The notes below the pieces were generated by a model. That model saw only the letters and a list, made by a program, of their open reading frames with translations, did not search any database and was not told where the DNA came from. From contig MQRK01229930.1 in assembly GCA_001938485.1 (NCBI GenBank), positions 4,441-68,440 of the forward strand: DNA of 64,000 bases, written 5' to 3'. Made by a program: the position numbers and the translations under genes. The stretch comes from Girardia tigrina (Eukaryota). Of the stretch, positions 40,027 through 53,897 are shown one piece after another (within the stretch, counting starts at the first letter, position 1; the number at the start of each line of letters is the position of its first letter).

Positions 40027-40340
40027 TTAAAAAACTTTAACGTGTTTAGATAAATCACTTTGTATATTTAAGCATGATTTTAATTGCTTAATAAATACTG
40101 CTTCAGTGATTATCCGCTCGAAATTTATGTCAAAATCTTTACTTAACACTTTGAATTCTTTTTCATATTTTATATTTTCACGATCACAACAAATATATAT
40201 ATGATTGAGAATGTAGCTATTTCTTCTCATTTGAGTGTGTTCTGCTAGTTCTAGTACGGAAATAACGATGTGTTTCTCCAATATACAAGGATTCACACTT
40301 GTGACACTTAAACTGATAAACTAAATAATCTTGAGTGTAC
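40027..40340 (-). mobile_element. Penelope GIY-YIG fragment (different family)
   Basis: YLVYQFKCHKC..AEH..ILNHI..FKVL..ERIITEAVFIKQLKSCLNIQ. Confidence 0.65.
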
Positions 40341-41471
40341 AAGCTTACGAGTGTTAAGTAAAAAATAAGTTTTAGTGGAGTTTCTTGGAAACACTTTTAT
40401 AGTCCTAAAAGACAAAACTTTTTTAATATTTTCAAATATTTTAACAAGAAAAAAAATAATTTAAAAGAAACCTATTGATAAATCTTTCATAGAAGACTCG
40501 GTAAAACTAATTTTAATTTTATAAAACATTTTTATTAATTTAAAAATAATTTCTTAAATAAAAAGAAGTAATATAGCTGCAGTAGCCGATTTAATTGATA
40601 AGAATTTTGAATAAACAAGTTTTGATATAAAGCTAAATATAAATATTATCATAAAATTTGGAAATATCAGATGGAAATATTTATTTTATTTTTTTCCTCT
40701 ACAAATATGACAATTGATATGGAACCAGATGTGATGGAATTTTTTATTTTAATAAAAAACATTTTTAAGAACCTATTAAAATTTACGATTTTTTGACAGA
40801 AACAGTTGATAGGAGAATTTCATGTTCGTAGAAATTTTATAGGCGAAATAATACATTGCTGTAATATAATGACGTGCAGACCTTTATTAATAAATGGAAT
40901 GAAAACACTAGAATTTTTATAAAATTATATGAATAGAAATTATTATTACACGAATCAGTGATAGGAATCGCAAATCTATGGGTACCCTTGGTAACGACAG
41001 TGCTCAAAAATCAAAACTTTTTTGTTAGGATTTTGTGTTCACAAAAATTTTTGAACTTTATAATTTTAAAAAATTTTTTACTCTAAAATTAAAAAATTTA
41101 AAAAATGTAAAATCTATTTTAAATATTAACGTTTCATATTTATCTTATATTATATTTATAATTGTTTGTGAATGGAAAATAATGTTCCTTGAAAATTTGT
41201 TTGAAAAACAAAAAATTGTATTGAAATAAATTTTCGAAACATTGTCTACAATTAATCTTGAGTTCGATTCAAATAAGAATTCGTCAACTTTTTTCCATAA
41301 ATAACACGTATCTTCACAATATAATGACAAGGGTAAAGATTACATAAAAATAAACTGAGAACGTAGCAAATTATCAATTTAACTTAAAAGTAAAAAAAAT
41401 CATAGAATATTAATAAAAGTACAAATGAAAAACGTCAGAATGATCACCTAAATCTAATGCATTGTATAAAT

Positions 41472-41850
41472 CAGTGATTTTCAACCGGGGTTCCTCGGAA
41501 CCCAGAGGTTTTGTGAAGGCAAGTCAGGGTTCCTGCAAAAATATTCAAAATTTCAAGCACGAATTTCTCAGTGAATTTTTGGCTAATGCTATTTAAATGC
41601 AACTATAATTTTAGTTTCTTGAATTTAGGGATTTTTGTGTAAATTTTATGAAACTCTTAATAAATTGTTGTTGGGACGCATATAATGGATAATGAAAATC
41701 TGACATTAATTTTAGGAATAAATTAAACACGAAATCTACATTTTAAGCGATGAGGTTCCTTACGTGACATAGAACAATTACAAAGGGTTCCTGAGCAAGG
41801 TAGCCATTTTTACAGGGTTCCGCTTTTTGGAAAAAATTGAAAAACATCAG
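41472..41850. mobile_element. hAT (Charlie-type) MITE
   Basis: Left end CAGTGATTTTCAACC, repeated GGGTTCC motifs, degenerate right end TTGAAAAACA. Confidence 0.5.
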
Positions 41851-43334
41851 TGATCTGAAGAATATATTGCAAGGACAAATTGTGATACCTCAAAGTAATC
41901 AGTCGTTACAGTGTCAAAAAAAGCTTTCAGAATATTAACTTAATTATTTGGAAAGACAAGGACTCGTGTAAACCTTAATTTATTTCGTATAAGAAATTCT
42001 TTATTCGAAACAGAAATGTTATTATAGTCCATTTACTTTCAATCCCAATAATTATGAATAAATTTAAATAAACTATTTTTATTTGAAAAGTTAAAACATT
42101 GATGAACACAATGAAATTTGTTTTCCAATTTCTTTTATAAAGATAATGTGATAAAGAGAGATGTGACCGACCTATATTTGTTATTAGTTCCAAATTAATG
42201 GAAATAAAATTTCTATACAAATTAGAGTAAGTTTAGGAATTATTAACCCTGGCAAGAAAAGAGTCTCTAATCAAGAGCTTCATCAGAAATGAGTGTATAC
42301 AAGTCGTCTTTACAACTCATTCTGTCAGATATTGGCTTGGGGCCCATGTGAAATTCAGGCTGCATATGAAGACAACGAAAACAGGGGTCTTGTTGATTTT
42401 TCATGCAAAATCCTTTGGTTGAATAAAACTTGCTTGAAATTATCAGAAAGATAAATTCACATTACTCTTAAAACCAAGGACTCCTGAGAACTCAGTGATG
42501 CCTTCCTCAATTGTTCTCAAAAGAATCCAAGGATCGAAAGATAACATAAACAGATTCCTTAAAAATAAATTGTTTTATGTATCGTTTTATTCGACCCATC
42601 CACAGCCATATGACTTTGTTAAAATAATTAAATTAGAAAAAAAATTAGTATGCATAATTCCAAAAGTTGATCTCTGTATATTTAATATTTATATATTATA
42701 ATATAATATTCAGTTATTGCCCCATGCATTTGTGTGGAAAATCGAACTTATTGACCTAACTTTGTACACAAACAAATTTGTTTGCTCAATTTTATTAGTT
42801 CCTGGTAATGAATATTATATTTGACACTGATTTATAGTTCTTTATTGAATAAATATTTTTGTAGATAAAATGTATATTTAAAGCATTTAAGAACAATATT
42901 TGCAAGAATATAGGTAGAGTCAAGGGGTTTCAATGACATCTAAAGTTTCCTCTCAAATAAATCGAAAATGATTTGTGAATTATAAACTAATCTGGTTTAT
43001 AAATTTGATTTTTACGTACATTGGAGACAAATCGTCATCTCAAAATCCGGATTAGTGAGCATTCAAAAGCTAGTCGATTTAAGATACTTGATTGTTGCTT
43101 ATATTGTAGAAATAGAATCCCTTCTGTTTTAATGGATGAGTTTTCTGTTTTACAGCAAGACTTTGATTCACATAATGATACAGACCTGGGAATCATTAAC
43201 GATAAGACACTACGATCCATTAATTACTATTCAAAATAGGTAAAGTAATGACATCTCAATTTTTAATATCTTTATTTAAAATAAATAAATACATTTTGAC
43301 ATTAATATCCAATAAAATCCTAAAATAATTGATA

Positions 43335-44588
43335 TTAGGTTGGGGAAAAAGAAATCCATTATTTGGCGTAAAATTCAAAGGTTTATGTAACATGTTTCGG
43401 ATTGTCCCCTTGTAGTCAAATATGCACCGTTTTGTTGTATAATTAGTTGCCATTTTGAAGGTAGCTTCATAATGCCTCTCTCGTAATAGTCTTGGTCCTT
43501 ATTGGCGAAAAACTGTAGTAATCGATTTTCACAATCTTTTATTGATCCAAATTTCTTATCCCTCAGCAAATTTTGCAATGCGAGAAAAAGGTGGTAATCG
43601 CTTGGTGCCAGGTCCGGACTATGTGGTGGATGCATTACAACTTCCCAACCAAGCTTCCTGAGTTTCTGGCTAGTCACTATAGACGTATGTGGTCTGCCGT
43701 TGTCGTGATTGGACACAACACTTCTTCTGTTGGCCAATTCTGGTCGTTTCTCATCAATTGCTATCTTCAAACGGTCCAGTTGTTGACAGTACAGATCTGA
43801 ATTTAGTGTTTGGCCATACGGAAGCAACTCATAATAAATGATTCCTTTCCAGTCCCACCAAATACACAGTATAACCTTCCTGACCGTTAGTCTTGGTTTG
43901 GCGACCGTTTCAGGTGCTTCAACATGCTTTGACCATGATCGATTTCGTACAATATTGTCGTATGTGACCCATTTCTCATCCCCAGTAACCATCCGTTTAA
44001 GAAATGGGTCGATTTCATTTCGTTTGGTCAAGACTTCTCCGTTGGAAATTCGATCCATCATGTTTTTTGGTGTTATTTGGTGTGGAACCCAAACAAGTTT
44101 CTTTTTGAATCCTGCTTTACCCAAATGGTTTAAAACCGTTTTGTGGTCAATCCTCAGCTCCTGTGCGATGCTACGACTACTAACATGCCGGTAAAATTCG
44201 ATCATTGCCGAGATTTTATCGACATTTTCAACGATAGGCCTGCATGTACGAGGTGCATCATTAACATCAAAAATGCCTCCACGGAATCGACGAAACCAAA
44301 ATTGCGTGTAATTAGCTATTACAGTATTGGCACCTTAAACACCACTCAGAATAACAGCCGCCTGGCTTGCATTTTCGCCTTTATCGAATAAAAACTGTAA
44401 AATGTACCGAATTTTTTCTTTGTTGACTTCCATTTTTAACACCTTGTAACTCAGATCTGAATAAAAAAAAGTAAACATTTTTTTGTGAAATTACTGTACA
44501 ATGTTACCTTGACAAAGAGCATAAATTTGAAATTGTTTGATCGATAAATAATGAATTAAAATAATGGATTACCTTTTCCCCAACCTAA
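43335..44588 (-). mobile_element. Full-length mariner (mellifera-subfamily-like, DD34D) with a nonsense mutation
   Basis: TIR TTAGGTTGGGGAAAA..AATCCATTATTT with TA TSD; 1254 bp. ORF from ATG at 44433 (MEVNKEKIRYILQF) has an in-frame TAA at codon 33. WVPHQ, TGDEKW, HDNGRPH and SPDLAPSDYHLF motifs. Confidence 0.95.
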
Positions 44589-44647
44589 TATATATATAGA
44601 CGAAGACGACCATTAATTAACACTTTGTTATCTTACAGATTACACTA

Positions 44648-44692
44648 TAATTGCTGACGATTGAAAATGAGTTCCGAAACATTTACAATAAT
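44648..44692 (+). ncRNA. Degenerate minimal hammerhead (Penelope pLTR)
   Basis: ATTG-CTGACGA-TTGAAAATGAGTTCC-GAAA-CATTTA-CAAT; stems II and III partly mutated. Confidence 0.55.
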
Positions 44693-46489
44693 CAATTTTT
44701 AAACACATTTTTGATTAAAAATTTTACGCTGAATCTTTCTCATGTCACCGGCTACTATTTTGTAATTCAATGTGAAAGTGAAACATTATAAATAATCTTC
44801 AATAAACTTTTTATAATAAAAGGGACACATCTAAACACGATGAACAAAGATTATCAGTATTCTATATTGACCAGGATTTCATTAATTAAAAAAGCTAATG
44901 CAAGTGCCAACACGATCCAGTTTTATTTACTTTTCATTAAAACATGAACTGGAAATAAACAAAAATCCCAGAATTAATTATTTGATTGATATCCCCACTC
45001 TCTTCCTTCTGGCCAAACACGGCCACAGAACACTTTGTGCAAATATTATTATTTTTCATTTTTCATTTTCGTAATCTTCTCTGATCTTTTCATTTAATGT
45101 TTTATTTTTCCTTTGTGAAGAAAAAATAGAAATATAAGAAAAAATATTAGACAAAAAAACATTTAATTTTAATGCATATTTCCGATATTTCCTGCTTATA
45201 AAGTACGGAGTCTTTTCTATAACAGAGTGGGTCACTATAAACCCCAAATAAAAAAGGTTTTGTTTTGTTTATATGTTACTATATTACTATTAAAAAGACA
45301 GTAAGTCAATTATACAACGATCGTTTTCTAAAATTTAGCAAATTTTACGAAGTTATTAAAAGAATATCAATTTGGAAGGACATGGAATAATGATGTTAAA
45401 TTTAATATAATAAGCCTCCTCCGACTGGACGGATAACTGGTAGCAGCATTGATGTAAAGAGGAGAGAGCCATAGACTCTTTTTTGTGAAATTGCATAATA
45501 TTACTTTTGACAAATAAACGTATTAAGTAGTGAAATTAAACTAATTAATATAAAATGCAAATAGATATGCGTGAATGCGTGGCACGTTAAAACATCGAAA
45601 ATAAAAACGCCGAAAAAATAAACTGTTAAATGTAAAGAGTCCATCGATCGTTTGATGCAAAGGCATTAAAAATATAATTATATTTATCTAAGTACTGTGG
45701 ATCGAAAATCCAATTAATAATTAATATTCCTATTATAGAAGATATCCAGAGTGTTACTTCCTCAATTTAAATGGGGTACAAGTACTCTGAGACCTTAAGA
45801 TTTTAAGTTAAAATACACGTCTATGTAAAAATGAATTTTCATTTTAAACACCAAGTACAAAATATTAAATATATTATTTTTATGGATTATTATGAATAGA
45901 GGATCGATGAAAAATAAATTAATAAGGAAAAATCAGAATATTTCTCAAAAGAACCAGAAGATGTAAAACCACAGCGACAATAATTAATAATAATAGTTCA
46001 ATTTGGCCATCATAATATTAAGAATGAGTCTCCAAATATTATTATTATTATTTTTAATGATAATAATAATATTTTAATTATCGCCAGATTATCCCATATT
46101 TATTCAGATATTTAATGACTGCACCGAGATAACGAGACTGAGGATTGAAGTAATCGTACTGTATATATAATATGGTAAATATCTCATGGCAATTGATAAG
46201 GATGAAATAATTAAACTTGAATTGAATATATTAAGATAAAGTTGCATCGCCTTTAATTCCTGATCAGGATCTGATGAAAGTTTCATTCAAAATATGTTTT
46301 TTCAGTATATATAAAAATATAAATTTCAGCTCAATCGGATCATGGAAAGGAGGTGGAAGATCGTTTATCGAATTAGTGGCACATTTATACGTTTATATTT
46401 GTAAAAACTTTCTATTTTATTTAAAAAACATTTTTGAATAAAGGCATTCATAGGAAAAATAATTTTGTTAAAACTTTTTTAAGAAACGG

Positions 46490-46885
46490 ATCATTGTTCA
46501 TGTTTCGGAACTTCATTTTGTAATTAATTATAATGTAATGTGTAAGATAATAAAATGTTAATTATTACGATATTTTGTCAGTAAATATTACCTTTTTTAT
46601 AGGATTTTATTGGATATTAATGGCAATTTCTTTTAAAGATTTTAATTATTGAGAAAGCCTTACTTGGTCAATTTTGAATATTAATTAATTGGCTGTTGTG
46701 CCTTATTAATAATGATTCACAGAACTGTATCAAAGTGTGAATCGAAGCCCTTCTGTAAAACAGAAAACTCATCCTTTGAAAAAGAAGATCAGTGTAACCA
46801 ATTACCAAGAACCTTACTTGATCGACTTGATTGTGAATGCTCCCTAATCCGGATTTTGAGATGATGATTTGTCTTCACAATGTAA
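46490..46885 (-). mobile_element. Penelope 3' fragment with decayed hammerhead
   Basis: Reverse-strand match to the GIY-YIG region. AGTTCCGAAACATGAACAAT is retained but the CTGANGA core is lost. Confidence 0.7.
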
Positions 46886-47346
46886 AAAATATTCCTTAAA
46901 TCTCTAATAAAATAAATAAATAAATTTTGCCATTAATATCTAACTAAATCCCAAAAAAATAATATTTTATGATAAAATCTCCCATTAATTGACATTTTAT
47001 TATCTTACACGTTACATTATATTTGATGGTGATGAAAAATAAGTTGCGGAACATGTGCAATAATAAATTTCTTAAAAAAACTTTAACAAAATTATCTTTC
47101 AAATATATCAAATTATCGTTCACAAGACTCAATACAGAGATATAGGAAGTGAGTTTATTAAAGTATTGGAAATAGGAATAATATTTTTCATAGTCCAAGA
47201 AAAAACATCATTGCAAACTTAAGCCGCTAAAAAACTAAAGTCAAATCATTTTAAAAAAAGGTTTACCGAAATTTGTAGGTTAAACGTATTCATTCATTCA
47301 CAAATGAATAATTAACATAAAATTTACACAATTTATTTAAGCTTAC

Positions 47347-47420
47347 CTTTGAATAGAAGTGACTTTTACTCGTATTGTCGAGTACGACGAAATTATGTAC
47401 GAATCGGAGAATGTATCGTA
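47347..47420 (-). other. Candidate alternative exon of the LZTS-like gene
   Basis: Strong attttcag| acceptor and AAG|gtaagc donor; 74 nt; open in two frames. Confidence 0.3.
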
Positions 47421-50400
47421 CTGAAAATGCGTTATTTTAAAAGGAATTAAGGTGTGAAGAGTTCATTCATGTCTACAAAAGACATGGAGAGACATTATAC
47501 AATTATATAAGACAGCCAAAATATTTGCCAGTAAAGTATACTTAAGTTAAAATCTATTAATTTTAAGGAATAATAAAAATGTAATTAAAATTAATAAAAC
47601 ATCCTTCAAAACTTCTGTAAAATATTAAATCTGTAGTTAAGTAAATACAGATTTATGAAATATTATTAAAAATGATTTTAATAATTATTTGTTATATTCT
47701 TTAAAAAAAACATTTACGACATATCAGAGTGATTAAAGACTTTTAGTTCAATAAAAACAAGTCGTAAAGATTTATATTTAGTGAATAGTATTATTTATTA
47801 CGACAGAAAATAATAAAAAAAATTATTAATAAATATTTCAACAAAAAGTTATAAAAAATATTTTTAATGAAATTATTATTACAAAATTAGTTAAATTTTG
47901 TATTATATGACAAAAAATGAAAAAAATAAATAATTAAAAAATGAAATATTTGTGTATTTTAGAAAAATATAACTGTCAAATGATGAATTCTTGTTTATTA
48001 AATAAATAAATAATATTTTATAATATTGAAATATAATATATATTTTTTTAATAGAAACTGTCTTAAGATTAATAAAGAATATTAAAGTCAGCTTTTGATT
48101 TAATTCAAGAATCCTTTTTGTACATAATGAATGAGTTCACAGTCTCAGTTCTTAATTTATTCGAGGGCCACAGAATTAGAAAATCGTTTTCCCATGATTT
48201 CGGATTTTGTAGTTTGGTTTCTTTTTATCGTGAGTTTGAGAGTTTTATACTAATCCTGAGTTCGGACTTCCATCTTCAATGTACTGAAAAGGAGGATTAA
48301 CTATTCAATGAAAACGCTTAAACTATTTATTTTTAAATTATATTTATAAATTTTTATCAAAAGACTATAAAATTTTAATTTACAAAAATATTAGAAAAAT
48401 TTTAATCCGTTTATTATTTATTTTAAAATTCTTATTTTTCAACTTTATTAATTATTTTACTATTAAAATATATTAATTGTTATTTATGTAAAAATTTTTT
48501 TGGCTTTATATAATAATTTAATTTTTGTTTGTTTTTAAAAAATCATTCTTAGTTTTTTCTTTAATTTTAAAACATTAGGAATTATTTAATTTTTTTTAAA
48601 AATTTCGAATAAAAAAAATCTTAAATTATTAGGCAAAAGAAAATTAAACGAACTTCTCATATAAATAAACACTGTAATACTCCTTCTGACACTGCGTTAT
48701 TATTATTATTATTTTGTGTGTAATCGTTGAGCTAATAGTATGTCTTACTGGAGTGTGAATTAAACGAGTGTGACTTGATCGTCCATTTGTATATTTATCT
48801 AAATGAGTATGACTGACGTAAGGTTTGATCATTCATTTGTAGATGTACTTGGGTGTATTAATAACTTTTAGTTGATAACATTATTTCCTTTATCGCGGTA
48901 GTCTTTATTTATTTTTTATTATTTATCTTTTATTATTTATTTTTATTATTTTTTGTTTATTTTTTATCATCTTTTTATTTTAATTTGTCTAATCCGTATA
49001 TTATTTTGGCAATAATAAATATTGCAATGTTACCATGAGCAAAATTATGAATTTGAATTTAAAATCAATCAGTCGAATTCATAAGTTGCTATACGACAAT
49101 ATTGCAATTATTTATTATTGCAAGTTTTTTTTGGTTGCTATTCAGTCAGTTTTGGATGAGCAAAATTTTCTATTATCGAAGCATTGACAGAAATAAAGAA
49201 ATATTTTACTCAGTCAACTAATTTTCCTCAGACATATTTTACCTAACGAAATCCAGACGATATTTATTCTATTAACTTCAGTGAAATCCCAACATTATAT
49301 TTATTATACTGACGATATCCCGTCCATTTCTTACGTTATTTGATTTGGAGATTTGTAGTTTACAAGGTTATTATTTTGTAATTGTTAGCTATTGTGTTTA
49401 TATTCGTTGCAATATTACGATCTTTATAGTTATAAAGGGTATTATTACTTTTTTATTAAATATTTAATTAATTGATAGTAAAAACCGATTTGTTTATTAT
49501 AGTTTAACACAAACTTATATATCGCTTAAACAAATCGTTTTTTACAAACACCTTTGAAAATCTATAAAAAATTATTGTTTCATTCGTTAAACTACCTATA
49601 AAGATATACATTATCTGTGTCTATCTCTGGTATTTGTACATGGTTTGTATACGCTATGGACAAATCAGGTATAAAGAAATACAAATAATTCAAGTCATGA
49701 AACGAAGGAATATTTTTATTTTTATAAATAAATAAATTGCTCATTTTTCAATATATTTTTAATAAATTTATTATTAGTCTTAATGTGGTTCACAAAACAG
49801 TATATAAAAGCATTTATAATGTATAAAATGTATAAAAAAATAATATAAAAATATTTTAAAAATGCGTTGGTAGTCAAAATGAATAGGATTTTATTGGGCA
49901 AAACATGAACGAAAATAATTAATTTTAATCTCTTCCACCGAAAAAGAAAATAATGCGATTATATTTTTTTAAAACGTTAAAACATTGTAGTAAAATTAAT
50001 CTTATCAACACAAGGCCAATGGATTGGTTTTACGCCGATAGAAATATACGTTTTTTTCAATTTATACGATCAAGAACAAAATTATTGTTTAAGATTTAAT
50101 TATAATTTATTTAAAAAAACGAATTTTTAATTTTATCTTCATTACGCAAATTACTTTCCTGTCTAGACATTAATTTTGCTACACAATTTGACAATAAAAA
50201 TATTGTAAATTATATAAATCTATCATATATTTGCCAACTTTTGTTTGATTTGTTACATAAATAATTAATAAAATGTTTTAATCAAGCAAATAAGAATTGT
50301 TTTATTGATGCTTAACAAACAGAGTTGCTTGACATTACAACTTTGAATTACTGCTTAGAAGAATAACATTAATTTTTAATATCGTAAAGAAAAACATTTC

Positions 50401-51017
50401 AATAATATAAAAAATATTACTTATAAATAATTAAAAGAACAGAAACAACTCAACTATAAATATTTGTATAATTATCGATTTAAACAACAAAATATATAAA
50501 AATAAATTAATTTCATCAGAATTTATATATATTTATCTTCTCATATTTCGATATTTTCATTATATTATTAATACAAATATGAAATGAAAAATGGTATAAT
50601 ATTTAAAATAAAATTTATTAAAATATATATAATATGATAATAATGGTACAATTTTACTTATTTTTTGTCCTCCTAATGTTGCCTCTTTTGACTGTACGAA
50701 AAATTTACTTGAGAGTAAGTGCGACTTCAACCGTCATTATCTCGAAAAGAGAATTGGACAAAAATGCATAGGGTCATTTTCGCTTAGAATCACATAAAAA
50801 ATCAGCGTACCAATTTGGTGCCTTCGTCACCCTGTATATTGATAAATGCTTTTTTGTGTTGGTCACAACTTTAACAAGACTCGATAGATTGTACATATTA
50901 TTACATAATTTATGTAACAACATTTGATGTTTTATTTATTTATTATTCAATACTAGTTGAGTATCATTTAAATTCTAATGCCAAATAGGTTTAGAGATGT
51001 CCTAAATCTTTGTTTAA

Positions 51018-52175
51018 CCTTTTATGTCCGGGCGCCGGCTGGTAGCCGGCATGATTTTCTCATAAAAAGCCGAATGCCTGGTGACACCCGGCATGCAATA
51101 ATATTGTAATAATATTGTCGCAAGAATCAAAACTAGTTTCAGAAAATATTGTCAAATCACTTGTCCTAAATTTTGGAGAAGGTCAACACATATACGTAGA
51201 TAGGTTTTATACTTCAGTCAACCTTGTATCTTCACTGTATGATGATGGAATGTATTATACAGGTACTATCAATACAAACCGCAAGAATTTGCCTGATAAT
51301 CTGAAATCAGTCAAAATACAACAATAGAAACAAAAAAATTGGAGATCAAAAGATGGAAAGATATTAGCTAATTGTTGGCGTGATAAACATAAAGTCAAAT
51401 GTGCTGCCACATTGCTTTCTAGTTTTCATAATGCTGGTGTTGTGAAAGTTACGAAAAAATTTGAAAGAAACATTGATATACTTGTTTCAGTTAACGATTA
51501 TAATCGAAACATGGGGGCGGTAGATATAGTTGGACAATATGCTAGCTATTACAGTTTGTGCGAAAGGCGTTCAAAGAAGTGGTGGAAGAAATTGTTGTGG
51601 CAATTATTTGAAATATATCAATTCAATTCGTACATAATTTATTCCATGGCAAATGATTCTAAAATTTGATTTCTGAAGTATAAGCGAAATCTGTTATCCG
51701 AATTAGCCAGAAAGTCTTTTGTTGATTTAGAAGGAGTTATATCGTATGAAAGAAAAACGCCTGGCAGACAAGTTACAGAACCATTACCTTTCCGACTGAA
51801 AAAAAACTGCATCATCTAGTGGATTGTGATGACAAATCTAGGGAGTGTAAGGTATGCAGTAGCCATTCTCAAGGTTGCAGGAAAGAAACAAACTACTAAG
51901 TTGCCCAGATCATCCACATCTGCATGCAAAAACATGTTTTGCAAAATATCACCAACATTTGAACTATAAATCATAAACAACGAATTTCATTGTGTTATAA
52001 TGACTGAACACGTAAGTACAATGTGTAATTATAAGGACTAAATGTTGTAAAATGTTGTCCTAAAATAAACTGGTTACCTAAAATAACCCTTAAAATATAT
52101 AGTTACAAAAAAATCCTTTTTTCAAAATTTTTGGTATTTCATTTTTATTTGAAAAATAATTCCGGACATAAAAGG
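51018..52175 (+). mobile_element. piggyBac internal-deletion derivative
   Basis: TTAA TSDs and TIR CCTTTTATGTCCGG. HIYVDRFYTS, GTINTNRKNLP, YNRNMGAVD, RSKKWWKKL and C-terminal CKVC..HPHLH..CFAKYH motifs. Confidence 0.93.
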
Positions 52176-52895
52176 TTAAAAAATTTTGAGATGAAAGACT
52201 TTACCTCTATAGTGAAGGACAAGTGTCGTTATACAGTTAGAGAATGATCAAGTTATGTCATTTTAACATATAAATCTTAAGAAGAATTGTACGGAAAACC
52301 AAGGGCTTTTGACAATAAAAATTTTTTTATCAGAAGCGAAAACAAGTTATAAACGAAAATTATTTGTTAATTAAAAGCAAAAAAACAGAACGACAAGCCA
52401 CGAACCATAGATGTCGAAAAACAGAGACTCTAAGGATCAATCATTTCCAAAATTAATATATTATTAGCAACAGTCTCTCTAATGCCAATGTATACGAAGT
52501 GTTCAAATTGTGACAGTGTTCCTTTAATTAGCAAATGGTTATACGCTCGGTTCTTAAAGGGGAAAATTCTGTAGAAATTAAAAGCGATTTATAAATAAAT
52601 GTGTTGCAATAAGTTTCCACAAGAATTTCTTCCAAAATAAATTTAATTTCAAACGGAGCTTTTCAGCAAAGGAGAGGACTTATGGTAAGGTCTACGGAAT
52701 TGGAAGAATAAAACCGAACATCGAAAATATAAATATTTCGCCTTTAATTATCTTTTTTTTTAAATTAATAAAAGTATTTTACTATAATTACTAAAGATAA
52801 TATATATTCTGATAAAATTTCGTTCATCAGAAGGTTCACTGTCGTTGCTGTTGTGACGACTGAGAAGGTCTAAAACGCAATTTTTTGGATAACCA

Positions 52896-53269
52896 TCTTA
52901 TCTTATAAAAGCCCAAGTCACTCACTGCCTGCCTCACTGCCTCACTAACGCTGTAAGGTAAATTTTTGAAATGATTTTATAATCAATAAAGAAATGATTG
53001 TATATTAATAAATAANNNNNNNNNNNNNNNTATTAGACTGATATTAGAATGAATGCGATTTTTGTAACCGTAATTTCTTAAATATCATTTTGTCTCGAGA
53101 TATGATTTTCAAACTTTGCATTAAACAGAAATAAAAACTTTTGTTATACAATTTTATATACTCGAAACACTGAAATTTTCAATAAAAATGCTTTCAGAAA
53201 AAAGTCGCTTGATCTAATAACATTGAACCCCATGCAAGAGAGGGCCGCGAAGCGGGCCGAGCGCGCTAG
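52896..53269 (+). mobile_element. Non-autonomous Helitron
   Basis: A|TC start, CACT/CTGC microrepeat, GC hairpin GGCCGCGAAGCGGGCC just before CTAG|T. Confidence 0.8.
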
Positions 53270-53370
53270 TGTCAAATATTAAACATTCAAAATTTGTTTC
53301 AAAGGTAAATGATTCCAACATGTTATTGATAGAGAATCTGTAACGAATAGTAATAAAATCCTAGACATGT

Positions 53371-53723
53371 CTTCTCTTCTTTTGACCTCAGCCGTTGGGC
53401 CGTGGGTGCACCCAATTATAAACAAGCCTTCACCACATCTTTCTATTTGTAGCTTCTTTTCTCAGACATTCCATACTCAGTCCAGTTCATTCTTTTAAAT
53501 CGTCCATCCATTGCCTCTTTGGTCTTCCTCTTGGTCTTTCTCCTTCCACTCTTCCCTCAATCATAACCTTTGCTAATGCTTGTTTTCTTATTTGATGACC
53601 GTAGAATTTCAGCTTCCTTCTCTTGGTGATCTCTTCTATTGATTCCGTTCTTTTACCTAGTATACACCTTATACCTTTTTACCTTTACACCCCAAAAAAT
53701 ATGCAAAACGAAGCCACAAATCA
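53371..53723 (-). mobile_element. 5'-truncated RTE LINE with TSD
   Basis: KRRKLKFYGHQIR..IEGRVEGERPRGRPKRQWMDDLKE; AAG-rich tail; 10-bp TSD CTAGACATGT (53361-53370, 53724-53733). Confidence 0.85.
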
Positions 53724-53897
53724 CTAGACATGTATAAGACTTTTATTCGTTTTTTCCACATTTTTTTAATGTATATATTTAAATAATACCCTATTATAGA
53801 ACCAATAAATAATTTTCTCCCTATATTATTGAGTTTTGTGAACACTAGTTCGATATTTTTAAAAATAATTTAGTTACAAATTTTGGTAAGAAAATGA

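Larger units (their letters stand above)
42880..44700 (+). mobile_element. Penelope 3' fragment (GIY-YIG plus pLTR hammerhead remnant) split by a mariner insertion
   Basis: ETNRHLKIRISEHS..DEFSVLQQDFDSH. Hammerhead-like CTGACGA..GAAAC at 44654-44680. Confidence 0.75.

Noticed and set aside
40640-41003. Possible Transib-like end (CACTGTCGTTACC) with coding-like remnant
   Set aside because: No partner TIR, TSD or diagnostic motif found.
52816-52835. Minus-strand CTGATGA-AC-GAAA hammerhead-like core
   Set aside because: No stem II, I or III pairing; likely chance.
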